A stretch of 64,000 nt of DNA, from positions 16,460-80,459 of the forward strand of contig JBDTLT010000003.1 of the NCBI GenBank assembly GCA_039934635.1, read 5' to 3'. The translations under genes were made by a program, and so were the position numbers. The notes under the pieces were generated by a model. That model worked only from the letters and a program-made list of their open reading frames with translations. It did no database searches and was not told the DNA's origin. Of the stretch, positions 60,189 to 64,000 are shown piece by piece. This DNA is from Acidimicrobiales bacterium (lineage in GTDB: Bacteria > Actinomycetota > Acidimicrobiia > Acidimicrobiales > WLNW01). How positions within the stretch are numbered: position 1 is the stretch's first letter; each line of letters starts with the position of its first letter.

Positions 60189-62018
60189 ATGCTGCTGCTC
60201 GAGTCGATTCGCGAACCCGCCGACCTGAAGCGCCTCACGAACGACGAACTCGTCACCTTGGCCGAAGAACTGCGCCAGGCGATCGTCAGCACCGTCTCGT
60301 CGACCGGTGGTCACCTGGGATCCAACCTCGGTGTCGTCGAGTTGACCCTGGCGTTGCATCGTGTCTTCGCTTCGCCGCGCGATGTCATTTTATGGGACGT
60401 CGGCCACCAGGCGTACGTGCACAAGTTGGTCACCGGTCGCTATCGCGACTTCGCCTCGCTGCGTCAGGACGGCGGACTGTCCGGCTATCCGTCACGGTCC
60501 GAGTCCGTACACGACTGGATCGAGAACAGCCACGCGTCGACCGTGCTCGGCTACGCGCACGGCATCGCTACCGCGTTGCAAGCGCAAGGCCACACCGAGC
60601 GCCGCGTCGTGGCGGTGATCGGCGATGGGTCGATGACCGGAGGCATGGCCTTCGAAGGCCTCAACAATCTCGGCCACTCCGAGTGCAACGTCACCATCGT
60701 GCTCAACGACAACGGACGGTCCTACGCACCCACGATCTCCAAGCTGTCCGAGAGCCTGGTCAACATCCGGTCCAACCCCGTCTACATGCGCCGGCAAGAA
60801 CGCATCGAGCATTTGGCCAAAAAGTTCCCGTGGCTCGGTGAAAAACTGGACCGCAGCATCAACGCCACCAAGCTGGCGATCCGGGCCATGTGGGAGCCGC
60901 CGGCGTTCTTCGAAAACCTCGGCATTCGTTACATGGGCCCGTTCGATGGTCACGACGTGTCCGCGCTCGAAAAGGCGTTGCACAACGCGTCCAAGTTCGA
61001 GGGCCCCGTCGTCGTGCACGTGCTGACGCAAAAAGGTCGCGGCTACGGCCCCGCCGAAAACGACCCGATCAAGAACATGCACGACCTGTCCGAGCTCAAG
61101 CCGGGCAGCTACACCGCAGCGTTCGGTGAGGCGATCGTCAAGCTCGGCGAAGAACATCCCGAGCTCGTCGCCATCACGGCCGCCATGCCCGACTCGACCG
61201 GCTTGTTGCCGTTCATGGACCGCTTTCCCAACCGTTGCTTCGATGTCGGCATCGCCGAGCAACATGCGGTCACCGCCGCGGCCGGCATGGCGATGGGGGG
61301 CCTGCGACCGATCGTCGCCGTGTATTCGACGTTCATGACCCGCGCCGTCGATCAAGTGATGTACGACGTCGGGCTGCACAAGCTGCCCGTGGTGTTTTGC
61401 CTCGACCGCGCGGGGGTCACCGGTGACGACGGGCCATCACACCACGGTGTGCTCGACATGGTGCTGTTCACCAAGGTGCCGGGCATGACGGTGTTCGCGC
61501 CCTCGTCGTATCAAGAATTGCAAGTGATGCTGGCTGACGCCTTCGAGCTCGACGGCCCGGCAGTCATCCGCTGGCCCAAGACCGCGGCGCGTACGGCCCA
61601 CGAATGGGAAGTCGGCCACGGTCTCAAAGCACGGCGTCTGCGCAAGGGCAGTGAGATCTGCATCGTGTCGGTGGGCAAGATGCTCGACGCGGCCGAGCAG
61701 GCCGCGACCGCACTCGAAGACGAAGGCGTGTCGGTGACGCTGTGGGACGCTCGCGTCGTCGCGCCGCTCGACCCCGCGATGATCGAAGACGCCGCCACGC
61801 ACCGGGCGGTCATCACCGTCGAAGACGGACTACGCGCCGGCGGCGCGGGTGAGGCGATGCGCGATGCGATCGAAGCGCGGCACACCGCGTCGATCGTCAA
61901 CGTGATGGGCATCCCCACGATGTTCATCGCGCAGGGCAAGCCCGATGTGATCCTCGCCGGCCTGGGCCTCGACGCCAACGGCATCACCGCCGCGGCGCGC
62001 GAGATGCTGGCGCGCTGA
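60189..62018 (+). CDS. dxs: 1-deoxy-D-xylulose-5-phosphate synthase
   Basis: GGHLGSNLG, WDVGHQ, IGDG..NDN, DVGIAEQH, DRAG. Confidence 0.96.
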   Translation: MLLLESIREPADLKRLTNDELVTLAEELRQAIVSTVSSTGGHLGSNLGVVELTLALHRVFASPRDVILWDVGHQAYVHKLVTGRYRDFASLRQDGGLSGYPSRSESVHDWIENSHASTVLGYAHGIATALQAQGHTERRVVAVIGDGSMTGGMAFEGLNNLGHSECNVTIVLNDNGRSYAPTISKLSESLVNIRSNPVYMRRQERIEHLAKKFPWLGEKLDRSINATKLAIRAMWEPPAFFENLGIRYMGPFDGHDVSALEKALHNASKFEGPVVVHVLTQKGRGYGPAENDPIKNMHDLSELKPGSYTAAFGEAIVKLGEEHPELVAITAAMPDSTGLLPFMDRFPNRCFDVGIAEQHAVTAAAGMAMGGLRPIVAVYSTFMTRAVDQVMYDVGLHKLPVVFCLDRAGVTGDDGPSHHGVLDMVLFTKVPGMTVFAPSSYQELQVMLADAFELDGPAVIRWPKTAARTAHEWEVGHGLKARRLRKGSEICIVSVGKMLDAAEQAATALEDEGVSVTLWDARVVAPLDPAMIEDAATHRAVITVEDGLRAGGAGEAMRDAIEARHTASIVNVMGIPTMFIAQGKPDVILAGLGLDANGITAAAREMLAR

Positions 62019-62031
62019 CCGGGCGGGCCGC

Positions 62032-62664
62032 TCAGCTGTAAAAGGGGTTTTCGCCCTGGGCGTGGTTGGTCGCGTCGACCACTTCACGCACCGCAGGGAT
62101 CGCTTCGAGGATCATCTTCTTGATGCCCTCCGACAACGTGAGCGCGCTCATCGAGCAACCCTGACATCCGCCACCCATCGTGACGTAGACCGAATCGCCG
62201 TCGACGCCCACGAGCGTGGCAAAGCCGCCGTGTGCGGCCAATGACGGGTTGATGCGCTGCTCGAGCAATTGGCTGACTTGCTCGGCAACATCACCGGTGA
62301 GCTCGAGGGGGCCGGCACCGGCGAGCGGATCGGGACGGTTGGGATTGCGGATGACGAGACCGCCCTGGCGAGGGTTGGACGGCACATCGAGGGTGGAGCC
62401 CCGCAAAGCATCGGCGGACGCCGCGGGGATCATCACGGAGAGGCCGTTGACCTCGTAGACGACATCGTCGGGATCGGCTTCGGTGATGGTCTCGAACGAC
62501 AGGTCGTAGGCGTACTCGACACCATGGTTGCCCGTGACCTCGATGCGCAGACCGAGCGTCTCGGGCTCTTCCTCTTCGCTCAGGATCTCGAGGATCTTGG
62601 CGTGCGCAGCATCGCTGACGTGCACGATGAGATCGGTGTCGGTGCTCGTTGACTCAGTCGCCAT
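62032..62664 (-). CDS. nfuA: Fe-S biogenesis protein NfuA
   Basis: Cys-less A-type domain (IRNPN) plus NifU C-domain INPSLAAHGG..GGCQGC. Confidence 0.88.
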   Translation of the reverse strand: MATESTSTDTDLIVHVSDAAHAKILEILSEEEEPETLGLRIEVTGNHGVEYAYDLSFETITEADPDDVVYEVNGLSVMIPAASADALRGSTLDVPSNPRQGGLVIRNPNRPDPLAGAGPLELTGDVAEQVSQLLEQRINPSLAAHGGFATLVGVDGDSVYVTMGGGCQGCSMSALTLSEGIKKMILEAIPAVREVVDATNHAQGENPFYS

Positions 62665-62697
62665 AGCGCTCAGGTTACTCGGCACCCACTCGATTAC

Positions 62698-64000
62698 TCA
62701 CTCGATGGCTTCGAGGTCGCTCGCCACTTCGAGCCACTGCTCCTCGAGTACGTGCAAGCACTCGACCACGTGGGCGAACGCCGATGCTGCGGCCTGACGG
62801 TCGCGGTGATCACCTTCACCCAAGCGGGCCTCGAGGTCGGCCCGTTGGGTGAGCAACGGCTGCATCTCCTTGTCGATCGTCCGCAGTCGATGGCGCAGTG
62901 TCGACGCGCTGGCCGCCCGCACCTTGCCCGGCTTTCCTGCGCCGCCGTCGGCCACTCGGGCTTTGGCATCGCCGGCCGCGCCGGCCTTGGCGTCGCGGGG
63001 TCGCGCCGTTCCTACGCGCCGGTTTCGCTGACGTTCCGCGACCCACGCCTCGGCACCCCCCGGGTAACGCGCCGGCCGCCGCCCCGGGTCGAAGACGATG
63101 ACGTCGTCGCACGTACGGTCGAGCAGTGCGCGATCGTGCGAGACGATCACCGCCGCGCCGGGCCAGTCGTCGAGAAAGTCCTCGAGCGCCCGCAGTGTGT
63201 CGAGATCGAGATCGTTCGTCGGCTCGTCGAGCAGCAAGACGTTGGGTCGTTCGAGCAGCGTCAGCAACAATTGCAACCGCCGCCGTTCGCCACCCGACAA
63301 CAACGAGATCGGCGCCCGTTGCGCGTCATCGTCGAACCAGAAACGTTCCATCAACTTGCGATCGCGCCAATCGACTTCGCCTTTGTCGCCGACGAGTGCG
63401 GCGCGCACGGTGATCGACGGATCGAGACTGCGCGAACGCTGGTCGTAGTAACCGAGGCGCACTGTCGGGCCTCGCACGACGCGACCCTCGGTCGGGTCGA
63501 GCCGGCCGGCCATGATCTCGAGCGCCGTGCTCTTGCCGCTGCCGTTGGGGCCGACGATGCCGAGACGCTCGCGACGGTCGAGCGCGAGGTCGAGGCCAGC
63601 GAACACCGGCAACGAATCGAACCGGTGGCCGACCCCCTGCAACTCGATGACGAGGTCGCCGAGCCGCGGTGTCGCCGAGTCGACATCGGAGAGGTTCAGG
63701 TCGAGCGCGGCGCGGCTATCCGCCCGGATCTGCGAGCTGTCGATCAGGGCGGTCGCCCGTTCGACGCGCGCGCGTTGCTTTGTGGACCGTGCCGGTGCTC
63801 CGCGACGAAGCCACGCCAATTCGCGACGCGCGAGATTGCGCCGCGACGCCTCTTGCGTTGCTTCTTGATCGGCTCGTTGCTGGCGCGCCTCGAGATAGCC
63901 GCCGTAGCCCGTCTGATAGACGAACAGCTGACCGTGGTCGATCTCGGCGATACGGGTCGTGACGCGATCGAGCACGAAACGGTCGTGGGTGATCAAGACC
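62698..64000 (-). CDS. ABC-F family ATPase (Uup-like), 5' end outside window
   Basis: THDR, GPNGSGKS, LSGGERRR, LDEPTNDLD, VSHDR, C-terminal coiled coil. Confidence 0.92.
   Translation of the reverse strand, partial: VLITHDRFVLDRVTTRIAEIDHGQLFVYQTGYGGYLEARQQRADQEATQEASRRNLARRELAWLRRGAPARSTKQRARVERATALIDSSQIRADSRAALDLNLSDVDSATPRLGDLVIELQGVGHRFDSLPVFAGLDLALDRRERLGIVGPNGSGKSTALEIMAGRLDPTEGRVVRGPTVRLGYYDQRSRSLDPSITVRAALVGDKGEVDWRDRKLMERFWFDDDAQRAPISLLSGGERRRLQLLLTLLERPNVLLLDEPTNDLDLDTLRALEDFLDDWPGAAVIVSHDRALLDRTCDDVIVFDPGRRPARYPGGAEAWVAERQRNRRVGTARPRDAKAGAAGDAKARVADGGAGKPGKVRAASASTLRHRLRTIDKEMQPLLTQRADLEARLGEGDHRDRQAAASAFAHVVECLHVLEEQWLEVASDLEAIE

Noticed and set aside
1-64000. CRISPR array, tRNA/rRNA, prophage, transposase, integrase or reverse transcriptase
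   Set aside because: No spaced repeat arrays, cloverleafs or hallmark proteins seen by eye; short RNAs could have been missed

Overview
High-GC (roughly two-thirds G+C) actinobacterial chromosomal segment, probably Acidimicrobiia-like (inferred from gene content, cofC/F420 genes, a SigK-RskA module and many leaderless starts). It holds about 60 tightly packed CDSs, mostly lipid/steroid/xenobiotic-type catabolic enzymes (5 SDRs, 3 P450s, 3 acyl-CoA dehydrogenases, 2 class III CoA-transferases, hydrolases) plus housekeeping genes (rnhB, rpiB, gpsA, cofC, dxs, nfuA, ABC-F). Notable items: (i) a split SOS mutasome, imuA-imuB and dnaE2, each with a LexA box beside a leaderless -10; (ii) a 301-bp low-GC insert flanked by a perfect 20-bp direct repeat at the rnhB 3' end, carrying a 62-aa two-helix membrane ORF; (iii) a degenerate GGDEF protein, an orphan Flp pilin and a surface lipoprotein, each preceded by a sigma28/WhiG-like motif; (iv) a fasciclin-SigK-RskA module with a matching promoter; (v) a DUF222-HNH gene; (vi) REP-like palindromes. 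No tRNA, rRNA, CRISPR array, integrase or transposase was seen. All calls come from motif recognition by eye; no database search was run.
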